Below are positions 30,950 through 39,041 of a stretch of DNA of 40,788 bases, one piece after another. Source of the stretch: a bacterium. GTDB lineage: Bacteria; Patescibacteriota; Andersenbacteria; UBA10190. Numbering within the stretch: the first letter of the stretch is position 1; each line of letters opens with the position of its first letter. The translations under genes and the position numbers were made by a program. The notes below the pieces were generated by a model, which saw nothing but the letters and a program-made list of their open reading frames with translations, was not told the origin of the DNA and ran no database searches. The stretch is taken from assembly GCA_002686445.1 (NCBI GenBank), contig NZCO01000017.1, positions 1-40,788 of the forward strand. The letters are read 5' to 3'.

Positions 30950-31888
30950 ATGATCAATTACTCTTACTCACGTACCCAATCAAGCCTCCTTGCTGTTGCG
31001 GCGCTACTTATTATCAGCGTGCTAGCTGTGGTTATTACGCAAAAACCTGACCAGGTAGTTCCGACTAATCCCGCTGCTGAAATAACCGTTGCGGCCACGA
31101 TTTTTCCTATTGCTGACATCGCCCGCTCCGTAGGCGGGGAGACGGTCGAGGTTATGCAACTACTGCCCAGCGGTGCCTCACCTCACACTTATGCCCTGAC
31201 CCCCCAACAGCTCGTTGCCCTCCAAGACGTCAAAGTGGTCTTTGCCGTAGGCCACGGACTCGATGAATGGGGCACGCGCGCTGCCGCAAGTACTGATGTA
31301 CCAGTCCAAGTAGTTGACGAGGGCATTACGCTGCGCCCGTTTGGGGCGGCCGGTGAGACACATGGCACGCTCGACCCCCACTACTGGCTAACTATTCCCA
31401 ATGGTCAGCAAATAGCCCGTACTATTGCTGCGCGCTTGCAGGGACTCGACCCAAACAATAGCGCGTTGTACGCAGCCAACTTAGATCGGTATTTGCGAAA
31501 TCTCAATCAAGTTGAGGGCGAACTGCAGGCAGCAGCAACCGCAGCGGCTACAACGAAATTCGTCGCCATTCATGACGCCTGGGGGTATATGGCGGAGCAC
31601 TATGGACTTGAGCTACTTGCTACGTATGAACCGGTCGAGGGGCGCACTCCATCATTAACAGACCTCGTCGCACTGCAAAAGATTGTTGCGGAGAATAACG
31701 TCACGACCTTCTTCACCGAGCCGCAAAAGCGTTCGTCCTCAGCCACTCGTTTCCTGGCTGACGAACTAGGCTTAACCATCGATATCCTGGATCCCCTGGG
31801 CGGCTCAGACGAGTACAGCAGTTATGAAGCACTGATAAGGAATAATATCAACGCTATAGTTAAGCCAGCCGACCTAAACACTATCTAA
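30950..31888 (+). CDS. metal ABC transporter substrate-binding protein (ZnuA/TroA-like)
   Basis: Motifs SGASPHTYALTPQQ, DPHYWL and HDAWGYM. N-terminal anchor. No permease or ATPase gene adjacent. Confidence 0.8.
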   Translation: MINYSYSRTQSSLLAVAALLIISVLAVVITQKPDQVVPTNPAAEITVAATIFPIADIARSVGGETVEVMQLLPSGASPHTYALTPQQLVALQDVKVVFAVGHGLDEWGTRAAASTDVPVQVVDEGITLRPFGAAGETHGTLDPHYWLTIPNGQQIARTIAARLQGLDPNNSALYAANLDRYLRNLNQVEGELQAAATAAATTKFVAIHDAWGYMAEHYGLELLATYEPVEGRTPSLTDLVALQKIVAENNVTTFFTEPQKRSSSATRFLADELGLTIDILDPLGGSDEYSSYEALIRNNINAIVKPADLNTI

Positions 31889-31903
31889 GTAGTTAATTTC
31901 TAC

Positions 31904-31938
31904 AAAAAACCACCGGCGCGTACTGCCCGGTGGTTTTT
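31904..31938. terminator. bidirectional rho-independent terminator
   Basis: A6-CCACCGG...CCGGTGG-T5. Confidence 0.7.
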
Positions 31939-31954
31939 CAGTCTTATTGACTGC

Positions 31955-32353
31955 CTACATTGGCGCTGGTGGCGTTGGTGCCATCGGCGCAGGTGCGTTC
32001 GAAGCTCCCTTGCCCATTACAGCCCAGAAAGCCCAAATTGCAATAACTATGTCGAGAATGTCTCCAACTGAGGTAAAGAATCCAGCCACACCCACGACGA
32101 GTGCGATAAGACCCAATAGCTTAGCTAACATCTTCATCTGACCCTCTTGCTTCAACATCATAGCTGCTCCAAGAGCAACAATACCCAGAACAACATGAAT
32201 CCAGTTCTCCATCGTAGTGAAGCTCCAAGCTGATCCGAAGATGCTGCCGTCAGCGGTCGGACCAATCAAGAAGAATCCCAAGATTCCAACTATTAGCAGA
32301 ACCGCTCCACCAACTTGCAGAAATCCTTTTGCAGAACGAAATGGTGCCATCAT
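31955..32353 (-). CDS. hypothetical membrane protein (possibly DUF4383-like)
   Basis: Four TM segments and an ENWIHVVLGIVALG pattern. GGGAGGTGA SD lies 9 nt upstream of ATG 32353. Confidence 0.6.
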   Translation of the reverse strand: MMAPFRSAKGFLQVGGAVLLIVGILGFFLIGPTADGSIFGSAWSFTTMENWIHVVLGIVALGAAMMLKQEGQMKMLAKLLGLIALVVGVAGFFTSVGDILDIVIAIWAFWAVMGKGASNAPAPMAPTPPAPM

Positions 32354-32614
32354 CACAACTCACCTCCCTTCAATCTTTGGTTTTCTTTGTCGGTAAACCA
32401 TCCGTACCAGCATTACGACCGCAACCACAATCAATACCCAGGTGATCATCTCTACGACTAGATGTGCCGCTGGCGATAAATCACTACCAGGTCCCTCGGG
32501 GCCAAAATGTGCCCAGGCAATTGCTAACACTCTTACATAATACCTCGGATAAACTTTATAAAGCCAATAAGCGGCACTTCAGCCCATTTTGGCGGTATAT
32601 TTTCTAGGGTAGAT

Positions 32615-32642
32615 AAAAAATCCCACTGGCCTGGTGGTGGGA
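32615..32642 (-). terminator. rho-independent terminator
   Basis: On the minus strand, TCCCAC...GTGGGA is followed by T6. Confidence 0.65.
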
Positions 32643-32669
32643 CAGTGGGGTCTTAGGGCGACTTGCGAT

Positions 32670-32954
32670 TTATGTTGTATCGCCTTCATCATCATCGCGA
32701 CGCATGCGCCGATCAAGCAGATTAATAGCTGCTAATATTTGGTTGCCCTTCACAAACCAGCGAACTACTTTCATGCGCTCATCGTTGTCGGCGTTCTTTA
32801 GTAAGTACTCGGTCACGGCGATGGATACGCCATACGCTATGAAGTTTTTGAGCATCGCCAGCACGACGATAAGCCCGACAAACCCGATGATGTAATTCAC
32901 GGGCGACAGGAAAATCCCAAGATCAGGAGCATAGGCTGCGTTAGAGGGATCCAT
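32670..32954 (-). CDS. hypothetical small membrane protein (94 aa)
   Basis: GGAAAGGAAC lies upstream of ATG 32954 (MDPSNAAY...). One TM segment and a charged C-terminus. Confidence 0.55.
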   Translation of the reverse strand: MDPSNAAYAPDLGIFLSPVNYIIGFVGLIVVLAMLKNFIAYGVSIAVTEYLLKNADNDERMKVVRWFVKGNQILAAINLLDRRMRRDDDEGDTT

Positions 32955-33125
32955 GGTGTTCCTTTCCACGAGTGATAACTTAAGAGAAAAGTGCTCACCG
33001 AGAGCTCAATTCAACATAAGTCAGGTGCAACTTAGTAACGAACAAATCATATAAGTTTCCCGAAAATACTGACTATGTCAAGGGTCGAAAAAATCCACTG
33101 TCAGTGATCTATTAGTTAATTCGAA

Positions 33126-33151
33126 TAAAAAGAGCTCGTGGGAACGAGCTC
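33126..33151 (-). terminator. rho-independent terminator
   Basis: On the minus strand, GAGCTCGT-TCCC-ACGAGCTC is followed by T5. Confidence 0.7.
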
Positions 33152-33178
33152 GTAATGAAGTACGGGAGCGTAGGCGCG

Positions 33179-33309
33179 CTAGAAAATTGCTTGGCACACG
33201 AGCGTCAGGACCACCCCGACAACGATACCAACACCAACCGTGCCGACGAATGCTAAAAAAGTCTAGTTGCACCTGCGGCACCCAACTGACCATCAAAGGG
33301 ATCTGACAT
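33179..33309 (-). other. small membrane-protein ORF split by a -1 frame change at a T6 tract
   Basis: AGGAG SD lies 8 nt upstream of ATG 33309. Translation gives MSDPFDGQLGAAGATRLF then a stop at 33253..33255. The -1 frame continues LAFVGTVGVGIVVGVVLTLVCQAIF to a stop at 33179..33181. Confidence 0.3.
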
Positions 33310-33385
33310 GACAATTACTCCTGCCTGCCTAAGAAATGAACAATCCAAGTTTCATCTCATTTAAAGCCCTTCTTCTCAATTTGTC

Positions 33386-33420
33386 AATAAACGGCTCAAC
33401 CGCTGGTTGAGCCGTTTATT
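33386..33420. repeat. 16-bp perfect inverted repeat / strong hairpin
   Basis: AATAAACGGCTCAACC-GCT-GGTTGAGCCGTTTATT. Confidence 0.8.
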
Positions 33421-33555
33421 GTGGTGCAAACCATGTGTTGAGACCGCGCTATTCCATCGACATGCTCCCACCCGTTGCTCGCACGATCTCACAATTTGTC
33501 TTGGCCGGCGTCTGGTAAATGTTCCAAAATCGGTTACAACCTCAAAACCTAGAAA

Positions 33556-33849
33556 CTATGTCCGAATAGTGAGGGCATACCTCAACTGCTTACCAGCCAA
33601 GATCCCCTCCTCCACTCGCACCTCCTTTTTAAGCGGCAGCAAGTATGTACCTGATCGAGAGTCAGGAAATATCGATGTATTCCAAATCGTCTTGCCGACT
33701 TTCACGGTCACGGGAATTGACCCAAACCCTCGACGACTATCACCAAAATTCTCCTTGATATCTCGTGCCGCTTGCTTCGAGACATTCACAAAACGCCAGG
33801 CAGCCTCGCCGGGATAAATCCATACCTTACCTCGTAAGTTGTATCTCAT
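33556..33849 (-). CDS. DUF1905 domain-containing protein
   Basis: AWRFVNVSKQAARDIKE...FGSIPVTVKVGKTIWNTSIFPDSRSGTYLLPLKKEVR matches the DUF1905 pattern. Confidence 0.8.
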   Translation of the reverse strand: MRYNLRGKVWIYPGEAAWRFVNVSKQAARDIKENFGDSRRGFGSIPVTVKVGKTIWNTSIFPDSRSGTYLLPLKKEVRVEEGILAGKQLRYALTIRT

Positions 33850-33903
33850 CGAATGACAGTAGTTGGTTTTACTAAACTATCCAACTAGGCCACAGCGCGT
33901 GCG

Positions 33904-34053
33904 CTATTTGTTCATGAGAGCCTTGGCGCCCCAGACTAGGACGAGCAACGCCCAAAGATAGTGGAGAGACTCGTTCCAACCGAGCATCACAGTGGCAGCA
34001 ATCAAGACTCCCACGATAATCGCACCCCATCCCATCATTTGGTTTGACATCAT
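33904..34053 (-). CDS. 49-aa two-TM small protein
   Basis: Translates to MMSNQMMGWGAIIVGVLIAATVMLGWNESLHYLWALLVLVWGAKALMNK. Below the ORF-track cutoff, with no clear SD. Confidence 0.35.
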   Translation of the reverse strand: MMSNQMMGWGAIIVGVLIAATVMLGWNESLHYLWALLVLVWGAKALMNK

Positions 34054-34155
34054 ACGTGTGACTTAAGGATTAGGTTCTTTATCTTTAAAGGATAGCATGG
34101 GTAGGACCACCGCGCGTACCTGCACTTTGTCAGTCCCCTGCATCACTTTGCCTCG

Positions 34156-34821
34156 TTAATGGCTGATACCAAGTAGTTTATGGAATTGCATTGCCCCAAA
34201 CATGCGCAGGCGCTCTGGTTTGTCTGTGAGCCTGCCGGTCCAATAGGTTGATTCGCTTGCTGTTGGTGCCCGGCCATACACTGCCGTAAACAAAGAGGTG
34301 ACCTGACTTGAAGTGGTCGAGGTGGTTGTAGTTACCGTGGTCGTGGTTGGTTGTGTAGCTACTGCCGTCACCGAAAAATTCTGGCTGTTATTTTCCATGC
34401 CATCCCCTGTCACCTCAACCCAGATATTCTTTTTGGTCGTAAGTGGTGTACCTTTCTCAACGGTCAGCGTCAGCGAAGGAGAGAAAGTCTTACCTCCTGC
34501 GATCGGTACGTTTTCCCAAGAAACTATGTCATCAATAATGCTGGCATTAGCCGGTGAAACCTTCGAATGACTTAAGCCGTCCGGAATGTGAAAAATAACT
34601 TTTACACCGGAGTACTCAGTGGTACCGGTGTTAGTCACTACCCAATTTATAGTAAATGGCTTGCCTGGTACCCCAGTGGTAACAGCAGCTCCCCTATAAG
34701 TCACGGCATACGGTGGCGCGGCAGCAACAGGCCGGCTCTGCAAGATACCAATGGCGGCGATCAGCGCGACACAAAGACTACCAACGGTAAAACTCCACGC
34801 GCGAGCACTGAAGGAATGCAT
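34156..34821 (-). CDS. exported protein with Thr/Ser-rich linker and DUF4214-like C-terminal domain
   Basis: Signal/anchor, a beta-rich domain, a TTTTVTTTTSTTSS linker, then FTAVYGRAPTASESTYWTGRL (DUF4214-like). TATACT (34828..34833) lies 6 nt upstream of the ATG. Confidence 0.65.
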   Translation of the reverse strand: MHSFSARAWSFTVGSLCVALIAAIGILQSRPVAAAPPYAVTYRGAAVTTGVPGKPFTINWVVTNTGTTEYSGVKVIFHIPDGLSHSKVSPANASIIDDIVSWENVPIAGGKTFSPSLTLTVEKGTPLTTKKNIWVEVTGDGMENNSQNFSVTAVATQPTTTTVTTTTSTTSSQVTSLFTAVYGRAPTASESTYWTGRLTDKPERLRMFGAMQFHKLLGISH

Positions 34822-34858
34822 GCCAAAAGTATACTACATTCGCGTCGGTTACGAAAAA

Positions 34859-35485
34859 TCACCCCAAGACGGTCAGTAAGTCCTCGAATTTGTTGAATGA
34901 GTAGTCAGCGTGTTCGGAAGTGTCCCACATCAGGCACGTGGTCAGACCCACTTCTTTCGCCGGCAGCATCTCTTTAGCCACACCATCACCTACAAACAAA
35001 ATATCTTTGGCCGGCAAGTTCGAGAGCTCAACTAGTTTCTGAAAGCCATCCAACGCAGGCTTGGGATTGGCAATATCCTCTGAACTAATGAAGTGGGTGA
35101 ACAGTGCTGGGTCGATTCCCACCCCCGGCAACAGAATGTCCATGCGCATATTAGAAAAAATGGAGAGCAGCACAGATTCGCGTAGCTTCGCCAGGACCCT
35201 CGGAATAGATTCGTCCGCCAGACTGTATAGCGAGGCCGGATCGTTATCATTTACGACCTTCGACCAGTATCCACGTGGCAACCCGAGCGATCTAAATACA
35301 GCAGACTTGCTGTTAACTCTATCGCGGAGCTTGTCAAACTCTGCCATAAGCGCTGGTGATTCTTCCTTACTGACGGCGGCCGCATACGTTTTTAGTTGCA
35401 GAGCACGATGGTGCTCGTTAGGCATAGCCAACGTATCGCTAAAGTCGAACCAGATGTGTTGAATCATGTTCTCACAGTACCCCAT
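34859..35485 (-). CDS. HAD superfamily hydrolase
   Basis: Motif I FDFSDTL and motif IV VGDG. Alternative start at ATG 35467 (MIQHIWFDFSDTL). Confidence 0.8.
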   Translation of the reverse strand: MGYCENMIQHIWFDFSDTLAMPNEHHRALQLKTYAAAVSKEESPALMAEFDKLRDRVNSKSAVFRSLGLPRGYWSKVVNDNDPASLYSLADESIPRVLAKLRESVLLSIFSNMRMDILLPGVGIDPALFTHFISSEDIANPKPALDGFQKLVELSNLPAKDILFVGDGVAKEMLPAKEVGLTTCLMWDTSEHADYSFNKFEDLLTVLG

Positions 35486-35583
35486 TCCGCCCGGCCGGCT
35501 ATACTATGTCGTCAGCATGGGGCAAGATGTTAGGCTGATAACGTATAGATCACCAACACCTAAAAGCACCTGACTTCGTATCC

Positions 35584-37980
35584 ATGCCAGCAAACCTACT
35601 AAAACTGATAGCACCTGCGGTAATTGTCGCTGGAGCAGCTTTATTCTTGGTGTCGCTGCCACAAGAACGCAGTGAGGAGCCAGCTGTGCCGGTTGATCCT
35701 AGCCCACCACACGTCAATATCGTCTCTGGCCAAACTATCGCACAAACATTCCAAGGAACGGGCCAACCCATAGCCGGGTTCTCCGTTTTTTCTCCTGCCG
35801 AAAAGGTAAGCAATTACACATTACGCGCCAGTATTGTTGATCAAGAAACAGGCAAGCGCTTGTCGACCACACAAATCTCACGTAGTCAGTACCACAACGG
35901 CTCTCTCGTGCTGTTCTTTGACCTCAAACCGGTTGCCACCGTGGTCAAACAACCGCTGCGGCTCACCCTTACCAATATCGGAGTGACGTCAGTTGAGCTG
36001 ATGGCTAATGCCGACAATAGTTTTACAAATGGCCAGCTCGAAGATCACGCCCTAGCTGCCCCCAGCACCGATCTATCCTTCGCCCTCATTCATCCCGCCC
36101 CGACCTCGGCTGCCACAAAACAAGGCGTCATGGCCGGCCTCGTCATACTACTGGGTAGTGTCGTGATAGCCCTGCTACCGCGCCGACGATTCCTAGCTGC
36201 CGCGCTGCTCTTGGCTATATCCATACCGCTGGCCACTAGTGGGTTCTGGTTTTCTACCGGTGCGCTCGGCATGTCCGACTGGGATCTCTTCGCGCCTATG
36301 CATGAAGGGTATCGCCAGACCGTGCTGACGTATCACGAATTCCCTTGGTGGAATCCGTATACGTTCGGCGGCGTAGCTGGTCTGGCGGATCCAGAGTTTG
36401 CTGTCCTGTCATTTAATTTCGCTTACGAGCTCGTCTTCGGGGTAGTCACCGGTTTTCGCCTGTCAATATATACGACCCTGGTTATCACTGCTTTGGGTAT
36501 GCTGGTCCTCGGTCGACGCCTCGGCCTATCGGTCCACGCCGCCCTGCTGGCAGCGCTGATTGTACCGTTAAGCAGCGCCACGTTGCTGCGGTTTGTTGAA
36601 GGACATATTCAATATTTTGCCCTGAGCTGGATACCGTGGATCTTCTGGAGCTGGTATTGCGCCTACCAGCATGCCAAAGCGCAGGGGCCACCTCATCGGC
36701 AGAAGGCTCTAACGATGCCAGTCTCAATGGCGAAACAAGTGCATAGCAGATTAGTCACTGCCAATGGCTGGGCCTTACTGTGCGGTGTGTTTCTCTCCTT
36801 AGCGTTCTATCAGGGCGGTATATATCCTCTGTTTTACACCTTACCGGCCCTGATAGCATTCATGTGGGTGGCTAACAATACGTATGCCGCCTGGCGCGTC
36901 ACGCTGACGGCGGGATTGTGGTCGTTCGCGCTCTCGGCCTTTAAACTGCTACCAGTCATTAACTGGCTGCAGGAATATCCCGACGACTTCTACCACGTCT
37001 CAAGTTTTGCACTGCCGTACTGGAATAACCTCTACCTCGGTCGCAACCTGCATGGCGCGCAAATATTGCCGAATCAAAGTGGTGGGTGGCATGAGTATGG
37101 TGCGTACATCGGTATCGTCGTCTTTGCCTTGGCGGTCTTAAGTCTGTCGCGCGCTAAGTCCAATCGCCTCATCCGCTTGTTGCTGCTGGGCTTCATTGTC
37201 GCCGCGCTCATAGCGTCAGCCGGGCCAGCCTTAGTGCCACTCTTTGACGTCCTCACGTTTCTACCCCGATCGAACATCATCCGTCTAGGCATATTCAGCG
37301 TGTTCACGATCGCGCTGTTGGCGGGCTTCGGTCTGCACCTGCTGCAACAGCACAGTAGCAAAATTGGCCGCTATCTAGCCCCTGCTCTCGTTGGCTTGGC
37401 CGCGCTTGAGCTTACTACTCTCGCCTATCCACTGTCGGAACAAGCCTTCACCGTCCCACCTGTTACTCCGCAAATCGTGCACGCGCCGGCGCCTATCGCA
37501 TTTAGTAGCGATACCAACACAATTCGTGTTAACGGAACTGACGAGACACGAACTTATGAATCGGTCGTCGCAGGCTACGGCACGCTGCCCTATCGACCAA
37601 ACACTGCCCCACCGCAGACAGCCATTCCGTTGAGCCTGGACGGCGGCGACTACATCACCAGTAGTGAGGCTGGAGCAACTACTAAACTTATCTCCTGGTC
37701 ACCAAACCAGACTGTGTTAGAAGTGAATACACCGAGTAGTACTATTGTCAGTCTCAACGGCAATTACGCACGCGACTGGCGCGTGAATGGTCAGCGGGCG
37801 CAAAAATTTAAGGGACGCGTCAGCGCTTCAGTCGAGGCTGGCACCCACATCCTGACCTTTAAGTATCGACCCAGTAATTATCTGCTTGGTCTGATCATCT
37901 CAGTTACCGCTCTCGTGTTGGCCATCTGGCAGACGACCATACTCGTATGGGCTCGCAGAAGCAACACCGCTGGTGTGTGA
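35584..37980 (+). CDS. large polytopic membrane protein, YfhO/glycosyltransferase-C-like
   Basis: 798 aa. N-terminal anchor plus an extracytoplasmic beta-rich domain, 10 or more TM segments (EFPWWNPYTFGG loop) and a C-terminal extracytoplasmic domain. Family assignment is tentative. Confidence 0.5.
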   Translation: MPANLLKLIAPAVIVAGAALFLVSLPQERSEEPAVPVDPSPPHVNIVSGQTIAQTFQGTGQPIAGFSVFSPAEKVSNYTLRASIVDQETGKRLSTTQISRSQYHNGSLVLFFDLKPVATVVKQPLRLTLTNIGVTSVELMANADNSFTNGQLEDHALAAPSTDLSFALIHPAPTSAATKQGVMAGLVILLGSVVIALLPRRRFLAAALLLAISIPLATSGFWFSTGALGMSDWDLFAPMHEGYRQTVLTYHEFPWWNPYTFGGVAGLADPEFAVLSFNFAYELVFGVVTGFRLSIYTTLVITALGMLVLGRRLGLSVHAALLAALIVPLSSATLLRFVEGHIQYFALSWIPWIFWSWYCAYQHAKAQGPPHRQKALTMPVSMAKQVHSRLVTANGWALLCGVFLSLAFYQGGIYPLFYTLPALIAFMWVANNTYAAWRVTLTAGLWSFALSAFKLLPVINWLQEYPDDFYHVSSFALPYWNNLYLGRNLHGAQILPNQSGGWHEYGAYIGIVVFALAVLSLSRAKSNRLIRLLLLGFIVAALIASAGPALVPLFDVLTFLPRSNIIRLGIFSVFTIALLAGFGLHLLQQHSSKIGRYLAPALVGLAALELTTLAYPLSEQAFTVPPVTPQIVHAPAPIAFSSDTNTIRVNGTDETRTYESVVAGYGTLPYRPNTAPPQTAIPLSLDGGDYITSSEAGATTKLISWSPNQTVLEVNTPSSTIVSLNGNYARDWRVNGQRAQKFKGRVSASVEAGTHILTFKYRPSNYLLGLIISVTALVLAIWQTTILVWARRSNTAGV

Positions 37981-38013
37981 AATCGGACACTTCTTAAATG
38001 CTCCTATTTCCTC

Positions 38014-38244
38014 TTAAGGTTGTGGGAAATACCCGTTGGCACCATCGTTGATGATGTACGCCACGCGGCCGACTTGGCCATCGTCAAGGCGAACTTTGAT
38101 ACCGCGACTATGATAGGGAGAGCTCGTTAAAATGTCCTGCACATACCCCCGCGTCAGCTCACCGGATCCCTGATCTTTCTTTAAAATTATATCGACCTCA
38201 AGGCCCGAATAAATGTCGCCTCTGTTCTGTCCATCCATTGCCAT
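38014..38244 (-). CDS. ywbE: YwbE family protein (DUF2196)
   Basis: GLEVDIILKKDQGSGELTRGYVQDILTSSPYHSRGIKVRLDDGQVGRV matches the YwbE pattern. Confidence 0.85.
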   Translation of the reverse strand: MAMDGQNRGDIYSGLEVDIILKKDQGSGELTRGYVQDILTSSPYHSRGIKVRLDDGQVGRVAYIINDGANGYFPQP

Positions 38245-38286
38245 AATCTAACGTGTATTCAAGGAAGATAAAAGATGCTCATACAA

Positions 38287-38295
38287 TGCTAGAAT
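38287..38295 (+). promoter_or_regulatory. extended -10 (TGCTAGAAT) for a leaderless mRNA
   Basis: Lies 6 nt upstream of ATG 38302. Confidence 0.5.
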
Positions 38296-38301
38296 AGACG
38301 T

Positions 38302-39036
38302 ATGAAGAAATGGCTGCGGTCGGTATTGATTGGCATCGGTGTTCTGGTTGTCATTTCTATTGTCCTCAACGTTATTGGGCGACCGGGGTCGAGCATTCCG
38401 GCTGATGCTGGTGCTTTCATTACCGCTAACCCATTTGACCTTTCGCAAATAAGATCTATATCAGCGTTCCGAAGCTGCGAAGGCCACAACTTCAGCGGCG
38501 ATAACGCGCTCGGAGAAGAAGAAACTTATCGCACCATGAAACACTATGTGGAAGCGATTGGTTCTTTGGCCGACACGGAACAGCGGGTCAAGATTTTTGC
38601 GCCCTTCACCGGACGTATATCTCAAATCGGGAAGGACCGACGTGGTTCGCAAGCATACGTATCGCCCGAATCTGGCGGCGAGGGCTGGGATGTCATCTTC
38701 TTTCACATTGACCTCCTGCCACAGTTTGCCAAGCGAGGCGCAGAGTTTTCGTCAGGCGAGCACCTAGGCTATGCCAATCTCATTGATGCAGCCAACTTCG
38801 ACATTTCATTACGGAATTTCGGCATAGGCAGACAACTAAACGACTCGCCATTCCTATATATGACGGATGACGTGCTCGCGCAGTACGCAGGAGTCGGTAT
38901 AACGCTCGATAACATGATTATCTCCAAGGAGGCGCGCAATGCAGCGCCGTGCCAACTGGCTCCGGGAGAATCTGGTCGCGACGCCTTTTATGCGCGTAGT
39001 GAAGCAGGAAAAAGCTGGATCACCGTCCAGCAGTAA
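38302..39036 (+). CDS. hypothetical membrane-anchored exported protein
   Basis: N-terminal TM (VLIGIGVLVVISIVLNVI). No confident family assignment. SAFRSCEGHNFSG and FAPFTGRI...GEHLGYAN are faintly reminiscent of a barrel-sandwich/M23-like fold. Confidence 0.6.
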   Translation: MKKWLRSVLIGIGVLVVISIVLNVIGRPGSSIPADAGAFITANPFDLSQIRSISAFRSCEGHNFSGDNALGEEETYRTMKHYVEAIGSLADTEQRVKIFAPFTGRISQIGKDRRGSQAYVSPESGGEGWDVIFFHIDLLPQFAKRGAEFSSGEHLGYANLIDAANFDISLRNFGIGRQLNDSPFLYMTDDVLAQYAGVGITLDNMIISKEARNAAPCQLAPGESGRDAFYARSEAGKSWITVQQ

Positions 39037-39041
39037 CCTTT

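Noticed and set aside
33078-33314. 78-aa minus-strand ORF (TTG start).
   Set aside because: It reads straight through the intrinsic terminator hairpin at 33126..33151 and is Arg/Cys-rich. The SD-led ATG at 33309 is in a different frame.
33407-33817. 136-aa plus-strand ORF.
   Set aside because: It is antisense to the DUF1905 gene, which has a clear family signature, and it starts inside the 16-bp hairpin.
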